A stretch of DNA of 53,531 nucleotides. Origin: a bacterium (lineage in GTDB: Bacteria; Lernaellota; Lernaellaia; Lernaellales; Lernaellaceae). Both the position numbers and the translations under genes were made by a program. Each line of letters starts with the position of its first letter. Position 1 is the stretch's first letter. Of the stretch, positions 33,808 to 43,130 are shown in pieces. The notes beneath the pieces were generated by a model, which was given only the letters and a program-made list of their open reading frames with translations, did no database searches and was not told the DNA's origin. The stretch spans positions 1-53,531 of the forward strand of contig DAINPV010000001.1 in assembly GCA_036743315.1 (NCBI GenBank). The letters are read 5' to 3'.

Positions 33808-35559
33808 TTACTGCGGCGTCTCGGCCGTCGCCGTTTCCGCGACCGGTTTTTCCGGCGGCGGCAGAATCGGCACGTCGGCCAATTGTTGTTTCGCGCGGTC
33901 GATCATGCCGGGCAGCGACAGATCGTCGCTTTGCAGCAGGCGCTTGGTCAGCACGAGCAGGAAATCGTTGGCGTCGCTGTAGTTGTCGCGGTCTTCCTTG
34001 ATCCAGCCCCGGTCGATGAAATACTTATAGACCGATTCGGCGTCGATTTCGAAGTCGGGCGTGGGCGCCTTGGCCTGATGATGATTTTCCAAATGCCCTT
34101 CGAGCTTGGACTCGCTGTAGCTATACATCTCTTCCTGTTCGGCGGGAATATTGAAGCGGACGTGCGGCGTGATGCCGAAGGCTTGAATCGACGCGCCCGA
34201 GGGCGTGTAGTACATCGCCGTGGTCAGGCGCAGGCCGGTTTCGTTGCGCAATTCGAAGATCGACTGCACCGAGCCCTTGCCGAAGGTCTGGAACCCCATG
34301 ACCAGCGCGCGGTTGTGATCCTTGAGCGCGCCGGCGACGATTTCCGAAGCACTGGCGCTGCCGCTGTTGACCAGCACGACCAGGGGCAGATCGACGTAGC
34401 GACCGCGGCCGCCGGCAAAGCGTTCGCGGTCCTGCAGGTAGCCGCGGCCGATGGTGTTGACGATCAGACCGCCGGGCAGAAACTTGTCGGCGATGTCCAC
34501 CGTTTGCTCCAATAAGCCGCCGGGGTTGTTGCGCAGGTCGATGACCAGCGCCCGCAGGCCGCCGGGTTGATCGGAAAATTCCGCGAGGGCGAGATCCAGA
34601 TCGGCGCTGGTGCGCGCGTTGAATTGAATGATGCGCACGTAGCCGACGTTGCCGGGCCACATTTCGTGTTTGGTGGCGACGGCCTCGATTTTTTCGCGGA
34701 CGATCGTCACGTCGAAGGGTTCGTTCTTCCCCGGGCGCTTGATGGACATGGTGACGGGCGCGCCGATGGTTCCGCGCAGGCGCAGCACGGCCCAATTCAG
34801 CGATTGGCCGGTGGTGTCCACGCCGTCGATGCCGACGATGCGGTCCATGGCCTGCAGGCCGGCGCGTTCGGCGGGCGTGCCGGCCATCGGCGAGATGACG
34901 GTGAGGAAGCCGTCGCGGATGCCGATTTCGATGCCGACGCCGCCGAAGCTGCCTTCGGTGTCTTGTTTAAGATTGCTGTAGTCGTTGAGATTTAAAAAAC
35001 CGCTGTGCGGATCGAGCGCCTGGACCATGCCGTCCAATGCCAGTTGCAGCAGTTCGTCGAGCGGGCGCTTGAGGTTCAGCGTTTGCTGGTAAAAACGGAT
35101 GCCGTCGAGCAGCACGGCGGCGAGTTCTTTTTTATCGAAGGGCAATTCGCGCGCGAAGGTCCGGCCGTGGGCGACGATCGAAACCGACGTCGGCGTCACG
35201 TCGATTTTCACGTCGTCGTAGGGCGTGGGAATCGGCGTGGGCGACGTTTCCTCCAGCGGCGTGGGCGACAGCTCTTCGCCGTTTTCGCGCGCTTTGAGGA
35301 ATTTTTTCATCTCGGCGGTCTGCACTTCCATGCGCACTTCGGCCTGCAGGAACTCGACGAGTTTCTTGAGCGCCGAGCCGGTCAACTCGCGCCGGTCGAC
35401 CTTCGCGATGTAGTAGCGGTCGATCAGGTCGAAGATGTCCAGGATCAGCGCTTCTTGCGGATCGTTTCGGCAAGCGGGCAACGCGAGACTCAGTCCGAGA
35501 CCCAACAGCAGTAAAATTGCGATGACCGAGGTCGTTCGCCGTTTCGGCCTGCGCAACAA
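33808..35559 (-). CDS. Carboxyl-terminal processing (tail-specific) protease, peptidase S41, lipoprotein form
   Basis: PDZ region GGVGIEIGIRDGFLTVISPMAGTPAERAGL. DLRNNPGG, NSGSASASEIVAGAL and TFGKGSVQ. Lipobox LALPAC. TTG start. Confidence 0.9.
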   Translation of the reverse strand: MLRRPKRRTTSVIAILLLLGLGLSLALPACRNDPQEALILDIFDLIDRYYIAKVDRRELTGSALKKLVEFLQAEVRMEVQTAEMKKFLKARENGEELSPTPLEETSPTPIPTPYDDVKIDVTPTSVSIVAHGRTFARELPFDKKELAAVLLDGIRFYQQTLNLKRPLDELLQLALDGMVQALDPHSGFLNLNDYSNLKQDTEGSFGGVGIEIGIRDGFLTVISPMAGTPAERAGLQAMDRIVGIDGVDTTGQSLNWAVLRLRGTIGAPVTMSIKRPGKNEPFDVTIVREKIEAVATKHEMWPGNVGYVRIIQFNARTSADLDLALAEFSDQPGGLRALVIDLRNNPGGLLEQTVDIADKFLPGGLIVNTIGRGYLQDRERFAGGRGRYVDLPLVVLVNSGSASASEIVAGALKDHNRALVMGFQTFGKGSVQSIFELRNETGLRLTTAMYYTPSGASIQAFGITPHVRFNIPAEQEEMYSYSESKLEGHLENHHQAKAPTPDFEIDAESVYKYFIDRGWIKEDRDNYSDANDFLLVLTKRLLQSDDLSLPGMIDRAKQQLADVPILPPPEKPVAETATAETPQ

Positions 35560-35695
35560 CGGTACCCCCTTCCAACTCCCCAGGTTCGGGTTTTATAACG
35601 GTCAACGCGTTGTTTTGTCAATGTTCGCGCGACCGGCGTTCGGTTGACAGTCTTCGGGGCGCATCTTAGGTTGAGACAATTCACAGGAGGAAACG

Positions 35696-36391
35696 TTGCG
35701 CATCGAACATGTGGAAAGCGGCTTTTTCAAAACCAACACCTACCTGGTCGGCGACGAATACAGCGGAGAAGCGTTGCTGATCGATCCGGGCGGCGACTGG
35801 CGGAAGATCCGCGCGATGATTCAAAAGGCGCAGGTGAAGGTCGCGGCGATCGTGTTGACCCACGCCCACTACGATCACGCCAACCGCGTGCAGGAGGCCC
35901 AGGCGCTGACCGGCGCGCCGCTGTTGGTGCACCGCGACGATGCGCCGCGCCTGCGGAAAGTTTCCGCGCTCATGCTCGCCGCGCGTCGACGGCCGCATCT
36001 GGCGCCGCCGCCCGGCCGTCTGCTGGTCGAGGGCGACACGATCGAAGTCGGCGCGCTGCGCTTCGAGGTCATCCACACGCCGGGGCATTCGCCGGGCGGC
36101 ATCTGCCTGCGTTATAAAAAAACGATCTTCACCGGCGACACGCTTTTTGCCGGGTCGATCGGCCGCACCGATCTCAAGGGCGGCAGTTGGCCGGCGCTCA
36201 AGGCGTCGATCGAAGACAAGCTGTTCATCCTCTCCGACGACATCCATCTGTATCCGGGCCATGGGCCGAAAACGACCATCGAGCGCGAACGCAAGTACAA
36301 CATCTTCGTCAAACTCAGTCCCGCGCAGATGGATGAAATCATGTTCGGCATCAAGGCGAAGGAGAAAAGCAAAGAGAGCGAAGGGGAGTAG
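35696..36391 (+). CDS. MBL-fold metallo-hydrolase (glyoxalase II-like) with ~28-aa C-terminal extension
   Basis: THAHYDH, HTPGHSPGG and GHGPKTTIERE. AGGAGG RBS with TTG start. The extension carries the repeated 63-nt module. Confidence 0.85.
   Translation: MRIEHVESGFFKTNTYLVGDEYSGEALLIDPGGDWRKIRAMIQKAQVKVAAIVLTHAHYDHANRVQEAQALTGAPLLVHRDDAPRLRKVSALMLAARRRPHLAPPPGRLLVEGDTIEVGALRFEVIHTPGHSPGGICLRYKKTIFTGDTLFAGSIGRTDLKGGSWPALKASIEDKLFILSDDIHLYPGHGPKTTIERERKYNIFVKLSPAQMDEIMFGIKAKEKSKESEGE
36320..36391 (+). repeat. 63-nt / 20-codon module, copy 1 (in frame at the end of the MBL gene)
   Basis: ATGGATGAAATCATGTTCGGCATCAAGGCGAAGGAGAAAAGC...GGGGAGTAG. About 86 % identical to the minus strand of 47427-47489. 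Confidence 0.75.
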
Positions 36392-36540
36392 GTTCACCCG
36401 CCGGGCGGTATTCCATTACCCCGCCGGGGTGAGGGAGCGCGCCGATGAATCATTTCCCGGGAGCGTGGTTTTTTTGGTGGAGTGCGGAGCGTCCGTGACC
36501 ATCGGCGCGAGAGTCGATCGCGCGAAGCGCGCGGCCTTGC

Positions 36541-38241
36541 TCAGCGCTGGGCCAGCAGCGCGTCGCAGTCGATAAATTGCGCGCCCGCCGGGTCTTTCAG
36601 CGGCGAATAGCAGTACTCGTACAGATGCGCGATTTCGGTGATGCGGATAAAATTCTCGATCGGATTGCCGAACTCGTCGTACAAATAGCGATCGGGCAGG
36701 TAAGCGTACTCGCCGTCGGGCAGCGACCATAAATCCCAATACGCGAAGTCCTCGTGGTACGCCGCCGCTTTGGTGTAATGCTCGATGACCAATTGCGCCT
36801 CGCGATCGGTCAGCGGCAGACCGTTGGCCGCGGCAACGACCAGCAGCGCCGACAAGTCCGGATACCATTCGAGATAATCGCCCGCCAGCGGATGGTCCTT
36901 CAGCTTGTCCATGCGCGCGGCGAGGCCTTCCAGCAACTCGCGCGCCGTTTCGTTGTCGCCGAAGGTCAGCGCCAGCGACACCGCCGAAACGTGGAACCCC
37001 CAGAGCATGTTGGTCGACCAATAGTGGCTGTGCAGGGCGAACATCTCGTACAAACCGCCGTCGCCGTCCCGGCAGTCGTTGCCCCGGTCGTCGCCGTAGC
37101 CGATGTACGCGGCGGCGATTTTCGGATTGCACTCGGCGTTGGGAAACAGCAGATCGTAATTGGTGAAGCTGGCGAAATCGTCGACGAAGCCGTACTCGGT
37201 GCGCGGCAGGAACACCTCGCCGTTCTCGCCTTTGGTGTAAATTTTATAGCCCTTGTCCACGATGTCCCGGCACATGCGCCCGATCTGCCGGTACAGCTTG
37301 ATCGCCGCCTCGACCATCTCCGCATCGTCGCTATCGCGGATCAACCGCGCGAGAAACGGCACGTCGCGGAACAGGTACGGAAAATCGTCCTTCGACCGCT
37401 TGTTGCGCACGTAGATGTCGCCCCAGGTCGGATTCTCCGGGTTATGCCAGTTGTCGTGCCGCCGCGCCTCTTCCTCGTAGCGCACCGGTTCGTAATCGGC
37501 GTAGGCCTGCTCGCCGTCGACCGTTTCATAAGCGTAGCTGCGGTAGAAAATCGTGCGCGCCATCAGGTAGTCGATCACCGGATCCTCGTCGGCCCAGACC
37601 ATGCCGTCGTAGGTGGCCGACAAGCCGCGCATGTAACCCAGCGCCAACCTGCGCGCGTCGGCGTCGCCGGTGGACAGAAACAGGCCGATCGCCGCGGGCA
37701 GCAGGCGCGTAACCTTGGCCGTCGTGTTGTCCGGCGGACTGTCGAAGGTGAAGGTCACCAGGTCGCCCGTTTTTACCGCCTTGGTGTTGGTCCACCAGAT
37801 CATGTATGGCGGATCGCCGTCGGCGTTGTCTTCCGGCGCGCCGAAGGAATGCTTGGCCGCCCAGCGGAATAAATCGACGCCCTCGTAAAACGATTTCATC
37901 GTCTGCGTGAACGCGGCGACCTCGTCGGCCGTGGGGGCCGTGCCTTCCGGCTCGCGCTCGATGGCGAACGGCATGGCCGCGGGTGGATCGACGATGTCCT
38001 CGGGCACGGTGTCGTCGTCGTCATCGTCGTCGGGCGTGGCGTCGTCGTCATCGTCGTCGGGCGTCGCGTCGTCATCGTCGTCGTCGGGCGTCGCGTCGTC
38101 ATCGTCGTCGTCGGGCGTCGCATCGTCGTCATCGTCATCGGGCGAAGCCGAATCATCGTTGTCGTCATCGTCATTGCCGCAGGCCGTCAACAGCAGCGGG
38201 AGCATCAGCAACAGAGCGAGAATCCGCAAGGCGTGTTTCAT
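36541..38241 (-). CDS. Large lipoprotein with repetitive poly-Asp linker, unknown function
   Basis: Lipobox LLLTAC, then (DDDDDDATP)x4-5, then a soluble domain of about 480 aa. Confidence 0.75.
   Translation of the reverse strand: MKHALRILALLLMLPLLLTACGNDDDDNDDSASPDDDDDDATPDDDDDDATPDDDDDDATPDDDDDDATPDDDDDDDTVPEDIVDPPAAMPFAIEREPEGTAPTADEVAAFTQTMKSFYEGVDLFRWAAKHSFGAPEDNADGDPPYMIWWTNTKAVKTGDLVTFTFDSPPDNTTAKVTRLLPAAIGLFLSTGDADARRLALGYMRGLSATYDGMVWADEDPVIDYLMARTIFYRSYAYETVDGEQAYADYEPVRYEEEARRHDNWHNPENPTWGDIYVRNKRSKDDFPYLFRDVPFLARLIRDSDDAEMVEAAIKLYRQIGRMCRDIVDKGYKIYTKGENGEVFLPRTEYGFVDDFASFTNYDLLFPNAECNPKIAAAYIGYGDDRGNDCRDGDGGLYEMFALHSHYWSTNMLWGFHVSAVSLALTFGDNETARELLEGLAARMDKLKDHPLAGDYLEWYPDLSALLVVAAANGLPLTDREAQLVIEHYTKAAAYHEDFAYWDLWSLPDGEYAYLPDRYLYDEFGNPIENFIRITEIAHLYEYCYSPLKDPAGAQFIDCDALLAQR
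38011..38148. repeat. 27-bp tandem repeat (about 5 units) encoding DDDDDDATP
   Basis: GTCGTCGTCATCGTCGTCGGGCGTCGC units read directly from the sequence. First unit is 30 nt. Confidence 0.85.
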
Positions 38242-38355
38242 GGTGGAACTCTCCGTGGCTTTTCAAGTCATTCCCAGCGGGCTATTCCATCTTTTATATT
38301 ATTTCCGCTCACAATGCCATCCAAGAGAGCATCCCGCCGAATCGATTTTTCGGAA

Positions 38356-38865
38356 TTATTGCAGCGGAGCCGCCTTCTCGATGCGCCGCACGCCGGCCCA
38401 CTCGGAGGCCGACAACGTGCGGGTCAGTTCGGCGACGGTCAGGTTGTAGACCGGGTGCACCAGGTCCGGCGCGATCTGCACCAGTGGAATCATCACGAAC
38501 GCGCGTTGGGTCATGTACGGATGCGGCACCGTGCACTCGGGATCCTCGACCACCGATTCGTTGTACATGAGCAGGTCGAGGTCGCAGGTGCGATCCTCCC
38601 ACCGCGTGTCGCGCGTGCGACCCAATTCGCGCTCGATCGCCAGCAATGCGTGCATCAGTTCGTGGGGGGAAAGCAACGTGTCGACCAACACGCAGGCGTT
38701 GACGAACAGGTTTTTAGCGACGCCGCCGACGGGATCGGTTTCGTAGAAGTCGCTGACGGCTAGAACGTCCGTACTATCGATAGACGAAAACATCTCGATC
38801 GCCCGACGAATCGTGCCGATGCGATCTCCCATGGAACTGCCTATCCCGATTGCAGCCAACGGCAT
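38356..38865 (-). CDS. folK: 2-amino-4-hydroxy-6-hydroxymethyldihydropteridine diphosphokinase
   Basis: AAIGIGSSMGDR, SDFYETDPVGG, RTCDLDLL and VPHPYMTQRAFVMIPL. Confidence 0.85.
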   Translation of the reverse strand: MPLAAIGIGSSMGDRIGTIRRAIEMFSSIDSTDVLAVSDFYETDPVGGVAKNLFVNACVLVDTLLSPHELMHALLAIERELGRTRDTRWEDRTCDLDLLMYNESVVEDPECTVPHPYMTQRAFVMIPLVQIAPDLVHPVYNLTVAELTRTLSASEWAGVRRIEKAAPLQ

Positions 38866-38918
38866 GAAGGGATTATAACATAAAAAGAGAAAGTTCCATC
38901 TATTATCGGGATCTTAAA

Positions 38919-39590
38919 ATGAACCGGATCGGATTGCTCGGCGGCTCGTTCAACCCTATCCATCTCGGCCACCTGCGCGTGGCGGAAGAAGTGCGCGAAG
39001 CATTGCAGCTCACGCGCGTCGTGTTCATCCCGCTGCACGTGCCGCCGCACAAGGAGCCGGGCGAGATCATCGCCACGCATCACCGGCTGGCGATGACCGA
39101 ATTGGCGATCGAAGACAACGACGCCTTCGCCGTCAGCGACATCGAAACCAAGCGCGAGGACAAAAGCTACACGCTCTACACGCTGCGCCATTTCCTCAAG
39201 GAACTGCCGCCGGACGGCGAACTGTTTTTCATTCTGGGCACCGACGCCTTCGCCGAAATCACCACCTGGCACCGCTGGCGCGAGGTGCTGCCGATGTGCC
39301 ATTTCGTGGTCATGTCGCGCCCGGGCAAATCCTTCGCGCAGCCGGGCGACGCCCTGCCCGCCGCCTACGCCGAACGCTACCGCGACAAGGGCGACGGCGT
39401 CTGGCAGATGAAAGAAGGCGCGCGGCTGATTTTCCTGCCGGTCACGCCGCTGGAGATTTCCAGCAGCGACATCCGTCAACGCCTGCGCGCGGGCGGCTCG
39501 GTACGTTACCTCGTGCCCGACGCGGCGATCGGCTACCTCGAACAGCACGGCCTGTACGGCACGACCTCGCCCGGCGCGATCGAGGAGTAA
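38919..39590 (+). CDS. nadD: Nicotinate-nucleotide adenylyltransferase
   Basis: GLLGGSFNPIHLGHL (H/TxGH motif) and ISSSDIRQRL. Confidence 0.9.
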   Translation: MNRIGLLGGSFNPIHLGHLRVAEEVREALQLTRVVFIPLHVPPHKEPGEIIATHHRLAMTELAIEDNDAFAVSDIETKREDKSYTLYTLRHFLKELPPDGELFFILGTDAFAEITTWHRWREVLPMCHFVVMSRPGKSFAQPGDALPAAYAERYRDKGDGVWQMKEGARLIFLPVTPLEISSSDIRQRLRAGGSVRYLVPDAAIGYLEQHGLYGTTSPGAIEE

Positions 39591-39780
39591 CTTTTCTCCG
39601 CCCTCATTCCCATACACAACATCAATCCGGTGACGGACAACTGGCCTCGGTGGAAAATCCTACCGATATCCGCACTGTTGCCGCGCATTGTCTCCGCTTG
39701 TCTTTTCGAAGCTAAATTGTTAAACTCTCGTCGGTTTTGTTGTTGAGTATCGGGATCGGAACAAGAGCGCAGGGGGTATT

Positions 39781-40977
39781 ATGCGGCTTGTGAAGCTCTT
39801 TGCTCTGATCGCGGTGGTTGTTTTCGCACTGTTCGTTTTCCTTCCCGGTTGCGGTGAAGAATCCCCGTCCGGCGATGACGACGAGGCGAGCGGCGCCGAC
39901 GATTATGTGGACGACCCTGGCGAGTTGGTGTACGACGGCGGCGCCGACGACGGCAGCGACGATTTCGCCGACGAGGACATGGAACCGCCCCTGGGCGCCA
40001 ATCCCGCCCTCGGTTACGGCCCCTACAAAGTGCGGCAGTTGCACGTGCCCATTCGCGACGACGTGCGCCCGAGTTCCGCCTTCCTGTTCGTTCCGCAGTT
40101 GGACGACGAGGAACGCGAACCGCTGCCGACCATCGTCTGGGGCCACGGCATCTGGTCCAGCGACTGGCCGCGCAATCAGCGCGAGATGTTCATTCGCATG
40201 GCCTCGCGCGGCTTCCTGATCGTTTACCCGAACATGGACGTGCCCTTCCCCTTCATGCGCGAAGACACGGTGATCAAGGGCGTGGGCACCTACTTGCGGG
40301 CGGCGCGGCAGGCCGTGCGCGACGGTTACGCCGATCCGGACCGGATCGTCTTCGGCGGCTACAGCTTCGGCGCGCGCGTGGCGGCGCTGGCCACGGCGAC
40401 GACTTCCGGGCTCGATCCGCTGAACATCTGGCCCGATCCGGTCGCCTGCGTGTACGAGGCCCTGCCGGATCTGAACGACCAGCCGACGCACCCGATCAAC
40501 TTCTACGGTCCGCGGCCGACCGAGTACGCGCCGCTGATCGATCCGTCGATTCCGCAGACGATCATCGTCGCCGAGGACGACAGGGCCGTGGTCAACTTCG
40601 ATCCCAAAACCCACGAGCCGGTCAACGGCCGCGCCTTCTACGAGACGTTGCAGACCGATTACGCGCAATTGATCGTCATCAAAAGCGGCACGACGATCCG
40701 CGACCGCGCGCGCCACTCGACCTTCATGGCGCCCAACGACGCGCTGCTGGACGCCCACGACCTGTGGGGCCACATCAAGATCGTCTCGGGCCTGATGCAG
40801 TACCACTTCCACCATCGTTCGAAGGAATGGGCTTACGGCTTCATGCGGACGGTGGGCGGCTTTGACAACGCCGGCAACATCATCGTGCACGAGGTGTACG
40901 AGCGCGATCTGACCGAACCGGGTCATGGCGAACCGAACACGTCCGACCTCGACAGCCGGAACGACGAAACCAAATAG
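39781..40977 (+). CDS. Lipoprotein alpha/beta hydrolase (dienelactone-hydrolase/chlorophyllase-like) with acidic linker
   Basis: Lipobox FLPGC followed by GEESPSGDDDEASGADDYVDD. Nucleophile elbow GGYSFGA. Confidence 0.7.
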   Translation: MRLVKLFALIAVVVFALFVFLPGCGEESPSGDDDEASGADDYVDDPGELVYDGGADDGSDDFADEDMEPPLGANPALGYGPYKVRQLHVPIRDDVRPSSAFLFVPQLDDEEREPLPTIVWGHGIWSSDWPRNQREMFIRMASRGFLIVYPNMDVPFPFMREDTVIKGVGTYLRAARQAVRDGYADPDRIVFGGYSFGARVAALATATTSGLDPLNIWPDPVACVYEALPDLNDQPTHPINFYGPRPTEYAPLIDPSIPQTIIVAEDDRAVVNFDPKTHEPVNGRAFYETLQTDYAQLIVIKSGTTIRDRARHSTFMAPNDALLDAHDLWGHIKIVSGLMQYHFHHRSKEWAYGFMRTVGGFDNAGNIIVHEVYERDLTEPGHGEPNTSDLDSRNDETK

Positions 40978-40992
40978 CGCCGACAAACGACG

Positions 40993-41036
40993 ATCGGCGG
41001 ACCGGGTCGACCGCGACCTTGTCCGCCGATTTTTTC
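40993..41036 (+). terminator. Intrinsic terminator
   Basis: ATCGGCGGAC...GTCCGCCGAT 10-bp stem followed by T6. Confidence 0.7.
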
Positions 41037-41185
41037 GGGGACGATCCCTGAACCTGGTATTTGGCTTTCCTGGCGGAAAGTCGCGGCCGGGGCCGACGCC
41101 TCCCCGATTCGCCCCGTTGTTTACAACCGAATCCCGATAGGATTTCCGTTGGGTCGATGCCCAAAAAACGTGATGCGCGGTTTGC

Positions 41186-41677
41186 TCAACCGCCCCAGGG
41201 CATGGCGGCGTATTCGGCGAAAATCCGATCATGTAGCGCCTTGAACAACGTCTCGTGGTGACGCTCCCACTCCGCCAACCGTTCCAGGGCCTCCCGCGCG
41301 GGGCCCTCGGCTTGCGGCGCCAGGCCGGCGTAAAATTCGGCGAGATCGCGCTCGATCAGGAAGGCCATCCGCAGCACCGGCAGATCCGGAACCATGGCCT
41401 CGATCGTCGTTTGCTCGATCATCTCCGAGGCGGCGCGTTCGGTGAAGAAACTCTGGTCGCCGTCGTTGATCGCCGCGCCCTCATCCGCCGCCGCGCCACC
41501 GGTCAGTTTTGCCAGCAGTCGTTCGATATACCGGATATGGCCTTGTTCTTCGTTCGCCAGCCGCCGGAAAATACCCACGACCGCCGCGTGCTGCGCCTTT
41601 TCCGCGTGGCTCTTGAAAAACTCGTACCCCTCTCTCTCGCGTTCCAGCGCGTAATTCAGAACCCGCTGCACATCCAT
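41186..41677 (-). CDS. Ferritin-like / rubrerythrin-family diiron protein (no rubredoxin domain)
   Basis: ALEREREGYEFF, ANEEQGHIRYI and two further E..H-type helices (ERDLAEFY, EWERHHE). Confidence 0.7.
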   Translation of the reverse strand: MDVQRVLNYALEREREGYEFFKSHAEKAQHAAVVGIFRRLANEEQGHIRYIERLLAKLTGGAAADEGAAINDGDQSFFTERAASEMIEQTTIEAMVPDLPVLRMAFLIERDLAEFYAGLAPQAEGPAREALERLAEWERHHETLFKALHDRIFAEYAAMPWGG

Positions 41678-41801
41678 CCGACACCCCCATTTTGGTTTTG
41701 GCGCCGGCTTTGCGCCGCCGCCGGATTTCACTTCCTAGAATACAAATTCCAGGCTCCTGCGCAACAAAAAGGAATCGATGACTTTTTAAACATCCCCGGC
41801 T

Positions 41802-42419
41802 TTAGGCCGGCCTGGCCAGTTTCGCCGCGATCGTCGCCACGTGCTTTCCTTGGAACCGGGCGCCGGCCAATTCGTTTTCGCTCGGCCAACGTTCTCCCCG
41901 GCCGCCGGCAATGGTCGAGGCTCCATAGGGCGACCCGCCGGTTATTTCATCGATCCGCGTCTGGCCCTGGAAGGAATAGGGCAATCCGACGACCACCATG
42001 CCGTGATGCAGCAACGTAGTGTGAAAGCTCAGGATGGTCGATTCCTGACCGCCGTGTTGCGTGGCGGTGCTGGTAAAGACGCTGCCGACCTTGCCGATCA
42101 ACGCCCCCTGAGCCCACAGCGGGCCGGTGGAATCCAAAAACATCCGCATCTGGCCGATCATGTTGCCGAACCGCGTCGGCGTGCCGAAAACAATGGCGTC
42201 CGCCCATTGCAGATCCTCGTGTGTCGCTTCGGGAATATGCGCGAAAGCTTGTTTGGCTTGCACGGCGCCCATTTTTTCCAGAATGTCCCCGGGCAGGGTT
42301 TCGGGCGCCTGGCGCAACCGCACGTCGGCGCCCGGAATTTCGCGCGCGCCTTCGGCAACGGCCTCGGCCATGCGGTAGATATGGCCATAAGTCGAATAAA
42401 AGACGATGAGTAACTTCAT
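41802..42419 (-). CDS. wrbA: NAD(P)H:quinone oxidoreductase, type IV
   Basis: [46 protein letters not shown] and [13 protein letters not shown]. Near-collinear with E. coli WrbA as I recall it. Confidence 0.85.
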   Translation of the reverse strand: MKLLIVFYSTYGHIYRMAEAVAEGAREIPGADVRLRQAPETLPGDILEKMGAVQAKQAFAHIPEATHEDLQWADAIVFGTPTRFGNMIGQMRMFLDSTGPLWAQGALIGKVGSVFTSTATQHGGQESTILSFHTTLLHHGMVVVGLPYSFQGQTRIDEITGGSPYGASTIAGGRGERWPSENELAGARFQGKHVATIAAKLARPA

Positions 42420-42776
42420 TTTCTTGCCCTTTCGTTTTCTTTTAATTCCAATAATAAGCACTTCCGGCGCTGGCGCAACTTTTTTTCAGCACCCACACCC
42501 GTACGCCTCTTCGTCATGGTCGTTGCTGAAAAAGGGGAAGGAACAATTTACGGAGCATGGCGTGTTTTTCCATAGGCAATTGCCGGATATGCGTATAACA
42601 TCAGATAATATCGGGCAAGGTCGGAGATCGATACGCGTTGCGCAACGTAATCGCCGCCGCGAAAAAAACGCCGCGCCATGCGCCGCAAGGCCTTGACGCT
42701 GCGGACCTCGGCGGCTAGCATCAGTTCCTCGTTCATTGCGAGCGATCGATCTTTATCGTTGTCATACTCGGAGAAA

Positions 42777-43073
42777 GGCCGGGACGTGGACAGGCTGCGC
42801 TAGGCGGGGAGCCAGCGGTGCCCTGTACCCTCAATCCGCTCCAGAGGGGCTGAATTCCCAACCGAGGCCTTAATTCGCTTTGGGTCCGTTGCCCTGGATC
42901 AGCAGGTCGGGCCTCACGCGGCAGGCACTTCCGAATCGTGTCAGGACCGGAAGGTAGCAGCACTAAGGATGTTCGTCTGGGCGCCGTGGGTCACCTGGCC
43001 ATCGCCCCCAGGGAAGAACGCCATGGCAAAAGCGGGTCGACGAAGGGTGCGCAGTCTGTCGACGTTCCGGACC
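42777..43073 (+). ncRNA. ffs: Signal recognition particle RNA, large (Alu-domain, Bacillus-type) form
   Basis: Alu-domain block GCTAGGCGGGGAGCCAGCGGTGCCCTGTACCCTCAATCCGCTCCAGAGGGGC. S-domain block GTCAGGACCGGAAGGTAGCAGC. The 5' end GGCCGGGACGTGGACAGGCTGCGC pairs with the 3' end GCGCAGTCTGTCGACGTTCCGGACC. Sits directly upstream of dnaX. Confidence 0.85.
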
Positions 43074-43130
43074 GATCTCCGATCAACCGACAACGAACGT
43101 GCGGCAACTCCCGTCGAAGGCGATTCCGGT

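Noticed and set aside
42548-42736. 62-aa ORF (MNEELMLAAEVRSVKALRRMARRFF...) between wrbA and ffs.
   Set aside because: It has no Shine-Dalgarno sequence, no recognisable family, and lies where the ffs promoter region is expected. It is kept only as a remote possibility of a small gene.
42969-43130. 54-codon N-terminal extension of the dnaX ORF.
   Set aside because: It overlaps the 3' half of the SRP RNA (42777-43073). The canonical DnaX N-terminus MSYLVLARKYRPQTF starts at ATG 43131.
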